Assembly (NCBI GenBank): GCA_028534125.1
Contig: CM052851.1
Coordinates: forward strand, 26,350,001 to 26,414,000
Direction: 5' to 3'
Length of the DNA: 64,000 bases
Source: Lama glama
Taxonomy: Eukaryota
Positions 47,801-61,312 of this stretch are shown in pieces. The stretch's first letter is position 1, and each line of letters opens with the position of its first letter. The position numbers and the translations under genes were made by a program. A model generated the notes under the pieces. That model was not told where the DNA came from. It did not search any database and worked only from the letters and a program-made list of their open reading frames with translations.

Positions 47801-49139
47801 GATTTCTTCTTCCATCTATCCTCTCTCCTTCCTTTCCTTTCTAGTGGTTTTTCAATTTCCCCCACCCAGTGCTGGTAGGCTCCCAAGCTAGGGATGGATC
47901 TGATACTATTATATCAGCTATCCTGTCCCAAAGGTATAGGCTAATGGGGCAGGGATTGGCAAATGCAGCAGGAATTGTGACTCTAGAGATCTAGTCTCTG
48001 AGGCAGAAGTCTTCTTGGCTAATATTCCGGCTTCAAAGTTGTGTCTGCATCTTACCTTCCTGGATACTCAGGTTGTGGGTAGCCAAAAGGTTTCATTCTA
48101 AGCTTCCTTTCATGGAATGGTACCTCATCCTATACCCTAACTTTAAAGAATGATCCCAGGTCTGATCCCCACTTGCTTGACACCTTTATAGCCCGTCACC
48201 CCATGGGAGCTGAACTCCAGTTGCCTGTCTTTTTACAATGCCAGAGCCCAGCAGACCCTTAGCAATAGCCTCACTTATTTCTTTGGGTTTCTATTCTCTT
48301 TCTGATCCAAAGAAACATTAATGTCGTTCTTTAGAATGTTATTGTCCTTTAAATTTTCTCTTTTGTCATTTTAAATAATAACTGTTACAGAAGAAAGGAG
48401 TGGCTCAGAGATCAAAACTACGTCTTGAATAGAACTAATATAGCTCTCAGTACCCAATATAAAAAGTATTCCACTTCTTTAGAAACATTTTTTTCTTGTT
48501 GATACATTTAGCAAATTAATGGAAAAGTACTTCAGAGGTAGCCCTTCAGAAGTAGGCATGTCTATACCATCCCTGCATCAAACCTGATAGTAGATTACTT
48601 AAATATTATCCAGTGATGAAATTTCTAATGGAATTAGAGCTGTAGTCCAAACAAAATTTTAACTTGGTTTAAGGTTAAACATAAAGATTGAATGGTTAGC
48701 TCCAAATATCCCTCAAATATCACTCTTCTCAGCTAAGCTTTTTGACAGGGCTGAATATCAGTCAGGCCAAGATTGAGCTCTTTAGAGGAAGTGAAGACAT
48801 TGCATTGATTGAAAAGAGACCCATATGCTTTAGGCATATGTTTTAGACTGTCAGGTGGCAAGGCTGACATTCCGTTATGAAAATTCAGGAGCCTGACTTG
48901 TATTCTCACCCCAGCAGAAGGCCTTCCCACCCTCCAAAGTGAGCCATAGCAGTGCCTGTGAAAAAGCTAAACTTTTTATTTAAAAAGAGCTTCAAGTTTT
49001 CTCAAAGTCTTAATAGAAACCTCATTTAAGGTCTGCCAAAACACAGAAGGGATTTTTTAAAACCCAGAAGGAAAATATTGTTAAGAGAAGACCTTGATTC
49101 AAAGGGAGTATCAAAAAGAGGAGACACATGTGGCCCTGA

Positions 49140-49700
49140 TTGTTTGTTTTATTCAGAGGTGAATGTATATTCAACAAGAAACTTCCATGTGCCCATCTCA
49201 TACTCAGTTCTGAGGACAGGAAGATGACGGTCAGTTGGTTCCTGTTCTTGAAGGCTTAGATCAGAACAAGACCAGAGGCAAAGAGAGAAGCCAGGAAATG
49301 ACTTATCACTGTGAGACATAAAAAGACTAAACTAAGACAGTAAGAATGTAGAAGCATGTAAAATGTAGAAGGAATATTTTTAATGTACTTAAGAGACAGC
49401 ATGTTGATAAATTGTAACAGAGTAAGGATATAGGAATATTTTATAACTCCAGGATGACTCTCGCATCTTTTGCTTGTTTGAGGGGGTGATTGATGGAGCC
49501 ATTCATCAGCACAAAGAATATGAGAGGAAGAGAAGGAAAAGGAGCGATAAGGCCAAAGATTTGGTTTTTTAGACAAATTAGACTTTAAGCACTTGGGAAC
49601 ATCCAAGTGGAAGAATCCAGTGGGCAGTGACTATATGGTAGGTTTCAGGACAGAAACTATAAATTTGGGAGTCATCAACATATAGGGATACACAACGAAC
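49140..49700 (-). mobile_element. L2 fragments
   Basis: gggaacatccaagtggaag...cagtgggcagtga...ataaatttgggagtcatcaacatatag. Confidence 0.7.
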
Positions 49701-50399
49701 AGAGAAAGAACTCTAGAAGGGAGAGCAGGAGAGAGTTTTCCTCCTTCCACCAAAAAATTCTCAAACAGTTAAGATAAGCAAATAAAAAGCACAGAACTGA
49801 CATTTTTTAATATCATGAAGCCACAGAACACCTACCTACCTTTCTTTATGTCTGTTGTGTCTTCACATTGGCTCAGCACACCTTAAGTACCGACACAATA
49901 ACCGGGAAACTGAAACGAAGGATTTGAAACTAGATTCATTCTTGAAATACATCATTGCTAGCAAAAAGCTCAGTCTGAGAGAGAATCATGGAAGGCTACA
50001 GAGGTTCCAGTCCATGAGAGCAAAAGACAATGCATTAACTATTCTTCAATTAAAAAAACAAGACAATGCAAATTCAAGTAAGTAGTATCTTCCATATGTG
50101 GACAAAGGCAAGACACAGGGCCGGGGAGGATGGAGCGGTGAAGTCCTCTAACTGCTTTGCAGAGGGTCCTCAGGAGGCAGTAGGCCCCCAGCAATCAGGC
50201 AAAAGTAGAGAACAGTGCTCTCGTGTTCAGGAGGTAGTCAAGAGCAGACTCAGTGGAGCCCCAGGAACAGGGGGACTCCAGAAACAAGGCAGAATATCCG
50301 TTATCAGAACTCTGGTACCCAGAGCTTGGGGACTAGCTCTCAGAGAAGAGGCACTGAAACACCTGATAAATGACCACCTCAGTCCTTCTCAAATCAGTG

Positions 50400-51085
50400 A
50401 CCTCTCCTTACTGCCACCGCTGCTGCCTGGGTTCAGGCCTCCGTCACCTCTTGCCTTGGTGACTAGAACAGCCTCTTACCTGATATTTTCTGCCTCCAGT
50501 TTTGCTCTCTCACCCTGAGTTCACTCTCATCACTGCAACTGCATACTTTTCAAAGTATGAATCTGATCATATCACCCACATTTTCCATTAAGAATCCATT
50601 CCCTGTAGCCCTGTTTCTCTCAAGATAAAGTCTGAGTCCTTAGGACGAGTTAATGAGTCTTTCAGGAGCTGGTCCCCACTTATTCCTCCCATCCTGATTC
50701 TCACCACTTGCCCCTTAATAGTCTGTGGTCCAAGTATATAAAACAATGAGCAGTTCTCTGAGCTCTTCGCTCCTCTAGGCCTTTGCAAAGTGCTGTTTCC
50801 CCCGCCTAGAACACTTCCAGCTTCTTCCTCTGGGTATGCCGGATCTCTATTAACCCCAGCCAAGACACCACTTCTACACAGAGCAGAGTCAGTTGAGCGC
50901 CTGGGCAACACGCTCCCAGATCATCACCTGTTTTCACATTGTCCTGCCGTGTTATAATTCTCTCTGTCTAGCTCCTCTGTGGCGCCGCGGGTTCCAGGAG
51001 AGTAAGAACTATCCTTCACCGTTCCATCCTCAGCACTCAGCCTGGTTTCCTGAAAATGGCCAGTAGCTATTTGTTGACTGAATAT
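50400..51085 (+). mobile_element. L2 3' region with tail
   Basis: gttcaggcctccgtcacctcttgcctt...aatctgatcatatcacc...ggcctttgcaaagtgctgtttcccccgcctagaacacttcc...tatttgttgactgaat. Confidence 0.8.
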
Positions 51086-52019
51086 TTCCTTCTCCCACTG
51101 AACTGCAGAGTAACAGGTTATGGGTGGAAAGGTGTTCCCCCATCACAGCTGGGCTGGTGCAGTGACTCGGGTAGAGCGGGGCTATTACAGAGTTAGGAGC
51201 CCCCAGCTGAAGAGACAAGAGGGCTGCCAAAGCCCTGATACCTTCAGACCCACCTCAGGAAAAATATGTTTGTATCTGCCTACCTTGTCTGAGGAACCTC
51301 TCTTTTTCAGCTCATATTGTGTGGGGCTGACTCCACATTCAAACTCCAGTGTTGGCCTTTGATCCCAACATGGTCAGTTAGAACATGTATTCCCTATGCA
51401 TAGTACTTCCTTTCCAGTGATGGTCACATGGTCATAGATGGGCCAGCGGGCGCCTTCCATGGGACTTCGCTGAAGCAAAGGTGAAGTCTTTCTGGAGAGA
51501 GTGTAAATTAGCACAGAGGAGGTTAAAATTGTCACCTGCCTAGATGTATAATAATAGAAGACTTCTTAAATAAATAAATAATGAAACCATTTAAAATAAT
51601 GGTATCTCTGATTTGTTGTTCAGTGAATAAAGTTCTAGTCATATTTTTGTATGAAAAATATTTTGTTACACAGATGTATATGTGTCTGTGTAGTTCAAAT
51701 TATGTTTATATAGCTATATGACAGGTAAATAGAGTAAGAGAGATATTAGGTAGAAAAGCTGCTAACATGATTGTGTTAACACTATTGCTGATTTTACACA
51801 AAAAGTATAAATAACAAGGTTACCATAAAAAAAGGCTGAAAAGCACAGCTTTTAGAAAAATTATCCCTGTATTTTCAGAGTGAGACTGTTGGGTGGAGTT
51901 CAGGAGACAAGCTCACACCTTAGCGAGGAGGAACATCATTTTCCACTGAAGGGAATGGCGTTCCCACTGGGCAGAAGTTACTCTCTAGGCAGAAAATATG
52001 GCAGACCTAATGACTAGAT

Positions 52020-52242
52020 AAAGCGTTGGCAAACTTTTTCTGTAAAGAATCAGATAGCAAACATTTTCAGCTCTGCAGGCCATACTGCCTCTGTCACAAC
52101 CTTTCCATTTGGCCACTGTAGCGCGAAAGCAGTTATAAACAATATGTAAATAAACGCATGTGACTGTATTCCAGTAAATTTTTATTTACAAAAACAGACA
52201 GACAATGGATTTGGCCCCTGAGTCATAGTTTGCTGACGCCTG
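52020..52242. mobile_element. MER58A hAT-Charlie element, about full length
   Basis: ttggcaaactttttctgtaaag...tgtagcgcgaaagcag...tttatttacaaaaacag...gatttggccc...tagtttgctgacgcctg. Confidence 0.9.
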
Positions 52243-53229
52243 GACGATAGCAACAAGAAGCCTCCTCTCTTTCTGAGGGGCCAGTTGGACCGGAATCCTA
52301 CACGCGGAGACACTCAGGGAAGTCCCATTGCTGAGTGGAAGCTGAGTGGAAGAGGGTAGTAAGAGCGAGACTTGGCTTTCCGCAGCGTCCGTGCTGGTGC
52401 TGTTACATCAGCCGCCGCTGTAGAGGCAGAGGGGCAGATGATGCTGGCTGGAGGGGAGGGCAACCTCAGGGATGTGACAGGGCCACCCTCCAAGCTTAGG
52501 AGGTTGTGCCAGACTTCCAACACAAGCAGAGAGCAAACTCTGTGAGCCTTTTCTCTCAACAGTAGTGATGCTGACATGACTGGTGGGGATGAGCAAAGCC
52601 AGCCGGGGGGACATGAGTGATGCGAATGCATAAAGCAGTGGTGGGGTCACGGCAGGTGTGAAAGGACAGAGATGGGCTCAGAAGTGCAGTGAACCGTGAG
52701 GGCAGCAGAGTAGGGACAACAGTGTGGAGACAAGATGAGAAGCCCAAGAGACCTATTCCATTCCCACACAAACACTCAGAAATAGCCGGATGATATTTTG
52801 AGTGGGGCAATTTTCAAGCCACAACAATTTGTGGAGCAAAAGGAGTTGCAGCTGTAATTTACATTAGAGAATATGAGGCCAGAGATGCAGGGTTTATATA
52901 CATAATAGCCCAAAGCTCCTAAGAATCCGGGAGTCCTTTGAAATAAATTTGAGTTTTATTCATTATGATATCTATATTCATTTGAAAAATTAGCGATACA
53001 TAAAAGTGCAGAACATGTTATTTATTCAGGCTAAGACGAGTGTACAGAGGGGTTTATGTATTTAACAGTAACCCCATGCCCTCGCCCTGCACTTGCCACC
53101 AGTGGCTCAAAGGTTTGTACCTTTGGCTGAAACAAAAGTCCAAAGAAGAGAGTGTGCTGATACTACTGAGAAGGGAGTCTGCTGATGGAGGTAAGCAGAT
53201 GCAGCTGATGAAGTGGCAACTAGCCCTCC

Positions 53230-53460
53230 ATGCCCTTCCCGATCTGTCCTCTGCTACACATTGAGCCTCACCTCACACCAATGCCCATGTTGCCTTCCGT
53301 GCCAGTCTTCCTAGCTCCCTCTTGGTTCTCAGGAAACATTATCTCTCCCCTTCCTCAGGGCTTTGCAAGTGCTGTTCCTTCTGCTTGGAACACTCTTCCT
53401 TGCCCACTTTCTCACCTTTGCCTCATATACTCCGAGACTTCCTCCAGACCAGAAGGGCGG
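53230..53460 (+). mobile_element. L2 fragment
   Basis: cctcagggctttgcaagtgctgttccttctgcttggaacactcttcc. Confidence 0.7.
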
Positions 53461-54662
53461 TTTTAGGTTCCAGTGTCGTTATGACATAGTGAGATAGCCC
53501 CGATCTATGGGGGCGGTTTGTTTCTAGTCTCGGACCAAATTCTATTGGACCGTGTACTTTGGGGGTGACTTTATCTTCTCTGAAAGTTAATTTACTAATT
53601 GAGAAAACAAAGCTAAAAATATCAACTGTACCTAACCCAAAGCGTAGTCAGAGAATGTTATGAGCTAACAATGAGGGAGTGCGTTGAAGAGTACAAGGCA
53701 CTATATTTGGAAACCCCCACGAAGCCTTTTTTATTACTCAACCCAAAGGTCCTTCTCAGCCTTCCCTCAAATTCTCTTTCCTCTTTACCACAGAGGCCAG
53801 AGATTCACCTTGCTTTCCTGTTCTGGTGGGTTATGCCACCACCACCCACGTGATGCTTGGAATCATGTTGCTCTAAGGCTAGTTGCTCTCCCTATCCACA
53901 ATCATATTTGATGACCCAAAACACACAAGTTTTTTGTCTGCTAATTACCCTCAAGAAACAAATATGGTAGTCTTGGTGGTGTTAGTCACAGAGTTCTGGA
54001 ATCATTTTATAGTTCTTCACCCATGTTTCATTTCAGAGGAACTGGAACACCCTTGAACCTCTGTCTTCTTTCTTCTCCAAATGAAGCTCAACAAAACTTC
54101 CTTCTCCTTTGACTTTGATAGCAAAACTCCCAAGATCTTTTCCTCCAGAATGTTCCTCTTCCTTGATTGAGAATGCCATCCAAGAAGAAAGGTCATCCAT
54201 CTCCTTGTCTTAGGTACAGTTTGCAACCTGGAAGCCTCCAGCTCGGGTGATTCCATAGAGCCTTGACCCACATGGGAATGGTCTGAAAGAAGGGAGAAAA
54301 TACACAGCTCATGGGCTGCCACCCCCATACCAACACCCACACTCGCATTGCTAAATGAGTGTAGCACTCTTTCCAGCTGATCCCCAGCCAGGTCCCAGAT
54401 TCCTACCCCAGCCAACCGTTTAGACAGACATCATCAATCAAGAGCTGGCAAGTGAGATAAAGCCAATTAATTGTAAACACCACTGGGGCAGAACCTTTCT
54501 CCCAAAGTTCATTCCTAGAGTCTTGGAGCAACTTTTACATAAAGACTTCTTTTGTGCCAAATTGGAAAGTGTCTTCAGCTCTGTAAGTTGTCCTTATTCT
54601 GGCTCCCTGCAGTGCTGTTCAGTTCAGGTTAGTAGATTGGGCTGAGAAAAAAATATTAAGAC

Positions 54663-54748
54663 TTTTTTTTTAATGGTGGTACTGGGGATTGAACCCAGGA
54701 CCTCATGCATGCTAAGCATATGCTCTACTACTGAGCTGTACCCACCCC
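54663..54748 (-). mobile_element. Vic-1-type camelid SINE
   Basis: reverse complement ggggtgggtacagctcagtagtagagcatatgcttagcatgcatgaggtcctgggttcaatccccagtaccacca; flanks aaaaaatattaa / aaaaaacattaa. Confidence 0.9.
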
Positions 54749-54974
54749 AAGGAAAAAACATTAAATAAAGCAATTCTCTTTTGGATGACAAGTTATAGGC
54801 TGGAATGACCCTTATGAAGTGATTCTCATCTTCTTCCTTGTTGGCAGAATCAGATCCCACTTGGGTATTCGTAGTTTCATTTGCTCTGTTTAGGCAGCAT
54901 TTCTGTTCTGATTGTTTGGTGCCAGGCTGTATCTGATACTGAATATTTTGAATAGCACTCTTGTTTTGCACCCT

Positions 54975-57211
54975 CCATAGAAAAAGCTTCTGGAAGGGGC
55001 TCCTCCTTACCCCTAGGAGTGAATTGCAGGTTGTCTAATCCAACCCAAGTGATGTCATTCCCCTTGCCAGTGATTGGTTTCATATTAGCAGGTAGCCCCA
55101 TGCTGGCCAATAAAAGGAGAAAGGTCTAGTGGGAAAAATTCTGGAAAAATGTCTTCAGTCTTAAGAGATGTCCAAAAGGCTTCACAGTAATGTTGGTAGA
55201 TTGAATACGTGTGTTCACCACCAGTTCCTTCCAAAGTCCCACTAAAAAGACAGTAAAGAAACTTTTTTTAGAGGGTAAGTCTGTAAGAACAAGGGAAATA
55301 GGAGAGAAGACCAACAAATTTTAAATGTAGGAGCTGACTGCAGACCTAAGAAAGTTGAATCCTGTCATCAGTGGAGAAAGCTGAGAAAAAAAATCAACTT
55401 TACAAGAACTGAAAAATATCAGGAAATGGAAATTCTGGTCACAGGAGTAAAGAACAAGCTGAAAACAAAAGACTTTTTTTTTAATCCATTAAAAGAAAAG
55501 AAAAAAGACATCTGCAAATCCCCTCTGTGCATCTACTAATTACCTCTCCCCACACTGACGGGTTACTTTCCAGAAGGAGTCAGAGGATCTCCTGCTCAGG
55601 GGACACCAAGCAAAGTTGAAGATAGGGGTGTACCAAGGAGACTGAGTGAAATTCTACATATTCATTATTGAGATCCTCAGGACTCGCCCACAAGTTGTAT
55701 TCCCAAAATGCTGGCAGTCAGGATTATACCCTCCAGGCAGGAGACTGGAATGTTCTTCTCTGGGTAATCTGTCTGCCAAGAGATAAAAATTAAATGCCAT
55801 GCTATCAAGGATCCCTCCAGTAAATCTTCCCAGGTAGATCACACAGCATTAAAGCTCGCAGTTAACAATACCCACTCATGTGCAAAGAATATCAATTAGC
55901 TCTTCAGTGGCCCACTCTTAAGTAAGATTAGACTATAAGTATCATCAGAGGAAGTCTCAAAACAAAGAACAGAATCCAAGGCAAATATGGAAAAACAATT
56001 TGGAAGCCATGGCTATGGTATGAAGAGGAAAAACTTCAAGGAACCATCACTAGTGGCCTCAGAGAGGCAAGAGTGTATTTTGCATCTGTAAAACAAGAAC
56101 AAAATGCTATTTTTCACAAAAGGGATGAGGGGGAGGGTCAAAGAACAGAAAAGGCCACTTGAAAGTTAAAAATAAGAGAGATGAAATTTTTCAATGAAAG
56201 GATTAGATTTGTTAAAGCTGGGGAAATCTTCCTAGAAATAGGGCAGAAAGTGAAATAAAGGTGAAATAAAGGAGGAGCAAAAGTCAAGTAAAACACGTGC
56301 AACATCCAAATAATAAAATTTCTAGAAAGAAAAAGAGAAACCATAGGGGAAGATAAAATGAAGGGATAGTTTTTTTTTTTAAATCCCAGAACTGGAGACC
56401 ATAAGTTCTCAGATGAAATCCCCTACTAAGTGTCAGAAAATAAAAATAGGTCCACACTAAGGCATAAAGACACAGCATCATGAAATTCCAAAATACCGGG
56501 AACAAGAGAGTCTATTACAGTCATAATAAGATTCAAAATGACATTGGACTTCTCTACAGAAGCATGGGAAGCTGGGAGGTTGTAGAGCAACGCCTTCAAA
56601 CCTCTCAGTGAAAATCACTTCCAAACTATGAATCTATACCCAGCCCAACTATCAATCAAACATTAGGATACAATATATGTTCAACTATTCATGGCCTCAA
56701 AATTTTTATTCCCCATGTACCCTGTCTCAGAAAGCTACTATAGGATTTACTCCACCCAGAGAATAAATCGAGAAAACTGAAGACAGGAAATCTGGGGAGC
56801 AGGGCATTCAACACAACAAACAGATGCAGGGAACTCCAGGATGATGGGAGAGAGAGAGAGAAAGAGAGAGACCTCAGGATGGCAGCTGAACAGGGGACTT
56901 AGGGAGAAATCAATACAAATTGGTGCGGGTTACGCTGCTCTGGAAGATGCATCTACAAGAAAGTAAAGTTGATAAAGTTGCTGGTAAAGGCATCTGGCAT
57001 CCATGATGGAACAAGCCTTAGCCAAAGCCAAGATGTTAAGCATAGAAAATAGCAAAGACAGACGAAATTGTGTCCCTGACGACATCACAGAACCATACCT
57101 AAAGCCATCTTGGTTTCCAGAATTCACGGGATGTGAGATAACAAAGCCCTAGTTTAAATCACTTTCAGTTGGATTTTCTATTCCTTGTGGCCAAAATCAT
57201 CCAATTGACAC
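54975..57211 (+). mobile_element. MLT1J-like MaLR LTR (about 54975-55170 and 56990-57211) split by HAL1
   Basis: cattccccttgccagtgattggtt...ctggccaata...ttctggaaaa, and gtccctgacgacatc...atgtgagataacaaa...cactttcagttggattttctattccttgtggccaaaatcatcc. Confidence 0.7.
55178..56985 (+). mobile_element. HAL1 (half-L1) element: 5' end and degraded ORF1
   Basis: cccactaaaaagacagtaaag...cagacctaagaaagttgaatcc; ORF1-like attggacttctctacagaagc...gagcaacgccttcaaa...tatacccagcccaactatcaatcaa; then ccaggatgatgg...caggatggcagctg with no ORF2. Confidence 0.7.
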
Positions 57212-58435
57212 GGAGACTCAATTTCCTTCAGAAGAAATGGGGGTAGGGTGCTTGACACAGAGTCTGGAAGACCGTCATGAATTAAAGAAGCTCTCTCATT
57301 CGTTGCATAAACACTTACCAGCTTTCCCTCTCCTGCGTCTATTCAATCTCCTTTCTTTAACCATCATTTCCTCTGTATTTTTTTTCTATTTAATGGCTTC
57401 TTTTCAACTTTGGCTGCCATTGTTAAAATGTAATTGCTTGTGTAAGTAAATAGGATAGATCCAGTTTATATTTTATTGCCAGGTTGCGTGATGTCTCTGA
57501 CCAGCTTTCTGATTGGTTTCCCTTGGTTACAGTTCCCATCTCTGGTCAAATCAGCTGGTGTTCCTAGGGGGGGTGGGCAGAAGGAAAATAGTGTCAGGGT
57601 CATAGTGATATAAAACTGGCTACTGAGACCCACCCACCACCTCAACAGAAGATTATTGAGAGAAGGAAGGAGCCATTTCTTCTTAGAATGGGCTATGGAA
57701 TAGACTGACGTAATTAACCTCAGATAACTGGTTGCCTTTTTGAAACATCAAAAAAATTCCTTCTACACTACCTCACAGGAAAGGCATTTTAAAGCCTAAA
57801 CCACAACTTCCTGCTACAATCATTTTTCTCGTGGTCTCATTGGAAATGAGATACAGCAGCCCCTCACCACTTGTACCGTATCCATTCTGGAAATATTATA
57901 CCCCTTGGGTAGTTTCAACTCCAGGCAAAAGAAATCCAATTTCTTTTATACTTTCATTTTAAGGACTAAGGGAAAAAAAATCCCATTCATCACACTGATG
58001 AAACTTATTTCCACGAAATGAACATGTAGATCAGTTTTTGTTCAAAAATAATGAAGGTGTTACGTAACTCTCAAAGGCTGTATTTTAAGTTATGTCACTT
58101 TTATTCATGGACTGTGTACTGAATATAATTGAATATGCAAAATCTTTTGTCCTTGTGTCGGTCATAAAATATACAAGCCATTTCCTATGGGAGCCAGAAA
58201 TTCATGATGGGTGACAGGATAATATATAGATCTACATATAGTACATTATAGAGAGATATATCTAGATAAAACTCACGTGCCTTGAAGTACATATAAACTT
58301 GATGACAGCTTTTGAATGTGTATCTGTTTCTAGGTAATGCTAACATGCCCCATGCATATGTACGGAGGTTTGAGTGTATACACAGATATATATGTATATA
58401 CACACGCATATATTAAGAAAGGGAGAGGAAGAAAA

Positions 58436-58490
58436 TAACATGTTTTTAAAGAGCATATTAAAGGTACTAATATGTTCTAAAAACATGTTA
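58436..58490. repeat. Inverted repeat, 23-bp stem
   Basis: taacatgttttt(aa)agagcatatta-aaggtac-taatatgttctaaaaacatgtta; 22 Watson-Crick pairs, 1 G-T, 2-nt bulge, 7-nt loop. Confidence 0.9.
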
Positions 58491-60299
58491 GCATTATCAT
58501 ATATATTTAATATATATATTTTAATATTGTTCAATGCTAACCCTGTGGAAGCCCAGCAAAAACATAAATTTGGCTTAGCAATGGGGTCATGGCAGAATCA
58601 TTAAGGCTTATTCAAGTGTAGGGGCTTTACAATCAGTAAAAGCTCCTGTTTACTGAGGATCTATCAAACGCAAGGAACAGTGCTAAGGGCTTTTCATCTC
58701 ATTTAATTTAACAAAAAACAGAGGAAGCTGGTCTACACTCAGATGTGGTACAGTCGTACAGTCTTTCTTTATGTTCTCATACTTGGTCCTGACTCCCCAT
58801 CTAAGCTACCATCACCCCAGACAGACCTGGTCACCCCACACCCAAGCCTGGCGATTGCTTTGTTTGCCAGTCTGCTCCCCTCCCTCCCTTTCCCCTGCCA
58901 CTTTCTCCTTTTTCACAGTGAACACTCTACGGGAGCTCTTCCCATCAGCCTTTGAGTTTTGAGGGATAGACACTGTCTTCTTCCCTCCAGTTCTCCCCAC
59001 TTTCATTGTGAGAGACAGCATTGTATGGGAAAGAGAAATTGCTTGGAGAATGCGGACTTGCAAAGTTTTAATTCCACCTCTCCCACTCTGGGCACCCTTG
59101 GCTAACTGGGTGCCAGCCGCATCATCTGGGAAATTACACAAATAGGTAGATGATCCCCAAGACGCATGTTCAGCAGTCAAGTCTGCCCTCGCCGAAGCTC
59201 GCCCTGTCTCCACTCACAGGGGCGTCCGTGGCTCCAGTGGTTAGGCCTGGAAAGTCATTGCTGACTCCTCAAGGTATCACCAGAGGCCTGCCCCTTCTAA
59301 ATGCGCCTTTTCCTTTGAGAAAGGGGTCCTGGGGGCTTTCTGGCTCCATCAGTTTGGAAACAAACTTATCTCAAAATCCACAAAACAACTAAGAAACATA
59401 TACCAGGGAATGAGAATATTTTCTTCTTTTTCCCTTTTAGCCCACAAAGGTCAGCCACAAAGGTTACTACTAAGGTCAGCCACTGCTCATCAGCTCTCCT
59501 CACACAGGACAATGATGTGTCCCCAGGCAGTGCAGCCTTGAACTCATCCTTGGCTTCTCAGCTGATCTGAACTCCAGTTAGTCCGGGAGAAGGGCATCCG
59601 CTCACTTCTGTGAAGGTTTACATCACTTGCCCAGCCGATTAATGTTGCTGTGTTTTCCCCATCTAATGTTGAAAGACATTTTACAGGGAAATGTTAAGGT
59701 TACACCACTATATCCAGTTCTTCCACGGGACACTTAAATTACGTGTTTTATAGCAGAAGGATACAAATGTGCCAGCCCTCCTCCTTGTCTATTCTACCAG
59801 TTTATGAACTACAGAGATAGATTTAACTTCCAGGGATAGAGGTTGAAAGGAGGAAGAAACCTCTTGCAAAGCTCATAGCAGCTGTTCCTAATTATAAAAC
59901 ATTAAGGAAGAAAGCAGCCCATTAATTCAGAACAACGGCAAAAATCAATCACGGAGCATAAAACCCCATCTTCCTCTGTCTTTGCCCAGTTAAGCCAGTT
60001 GTTCCAGACTCTCCTTCCTAAATCAAAGTCATACATTGTACAAGGACCCACCTCTGGTTACCTTCACAGAAATTCAAAGTTGCTTCTGTAAGGTGATTTT
60101 ACCTGTGGAATCTATTCACACAGGTAGCATACACAAAATGAAGATGTCAGTTACTTTAAACACAAAGTGAGCGGCTCCATAGAGTAATATTTAAACATAA
60201 ATCTCCTTTAGATTTCTATAACTCTGTTTAATATTTTTCTCATCATTAAAATCTAGGCTTAGTATAAAAAAATCTAGAAAGTAACATTAGGTTAGGAAA

Positions 60300-60830
60300 G
60301 AATATTAAAAAATTTCATTTTCCATCTTATCTTATAAATGTTACTATTTTAGAATATAGTCCTCTTTTTTATATTCATATAGGTTATTTTTTTACAATGT
60401 ACCTCTCACCATGCATATTATGATCTTGAGATCTTTCATGTTGAGATGAAAGATGTTTTCATGTTTCTCTTAATGAACTACATGCATGTTGTATGCAATT
60501 AAGTATTTCTCTTACAACATTTTGTTTTCCTAGGTGAAAGATATATGATAATTTTTGCAACATTCTTTTTTTTTTTACATTATTTTTAATGGCTGCAAAG
60601 TAGTTGGTTAAATGGTTGTACCATAATTAAAAAAACTCACAAAACTCTTGTTGTTACACATTTAGATTGTTTCCAGTTTTTACTATTAAAAACATGGTTT
60701 CAATGACTCATGGTTGATACATTTTTGCCTGCCTCCACGACCATTTCCTTCTGTTCAATTCCTCAGGATGGATATGCTGGATCAGAGTTTGCAAAATGTT
60801 AATACTCTCAAAGTTATTCACAGAAGACTC
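60300..60830 (-). mobile_element. Old L1 (L1ME-like) fragment
   Basis: tttttaatggctgca...tgtaccataatt...catttagattgtttccagtttttact...aattcctcaggatggatatgctggatcagag. Confidence 0.7.
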
Positions 60831-60944
60831 ATTAAGCCAAGAATTTTGTTATAAGAGCTAGAAGTGTTGTGCCAATTCTATTTTTTAAAATCTTAGATTC
60901 TTTGAGTAAATTAAAGGAAATTACTTCTGGAGAGTCAAATTTAA

Positions 60945-61036
60945 AGGCTCTGGAGTGGAGCCTAGGCCAAGCACATATTTTTTTTTTTTAAATTGTAGAG
61001 CTGATTTTATAGTACAGCTAGGGTTGAGGACCGCTG
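60945..61036. mobile_element. MER5-type terminal fragment
   Basis: ctctggagtggagcctagg...tgattttatagtacagctagggttgaggaccgctg. Confidence 0.6.
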
Positions 61037-61312
61037 GGGCTCATTAATGTGCGCCCTGACCTACCCAGGAATTTTATTTACAGGGGAGAGGTAGCTATGT
61101 GCTGATACACAATTGTTTACAATCCCATAATTTTTTTTTAAACATGACTGGAACAGAAGCTTTTTGAGAGATGCAACTATGGATCCATAAATGAGTTTTA
61201 TAGAATATCTTTTGACTGTGTGCATCCGTAAGCACACACATTAAATATCTAAGTTACAGCAATGATTGAGGAAAAGAATATAAATTGCACTCCCTGCTCC
61301 ATCACCACCTTA

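Noticed and set aside
50066-50518. 150-aa ORF
   Set aside because: The 3' part runs into an L2 fossil and no protein family is recognisable
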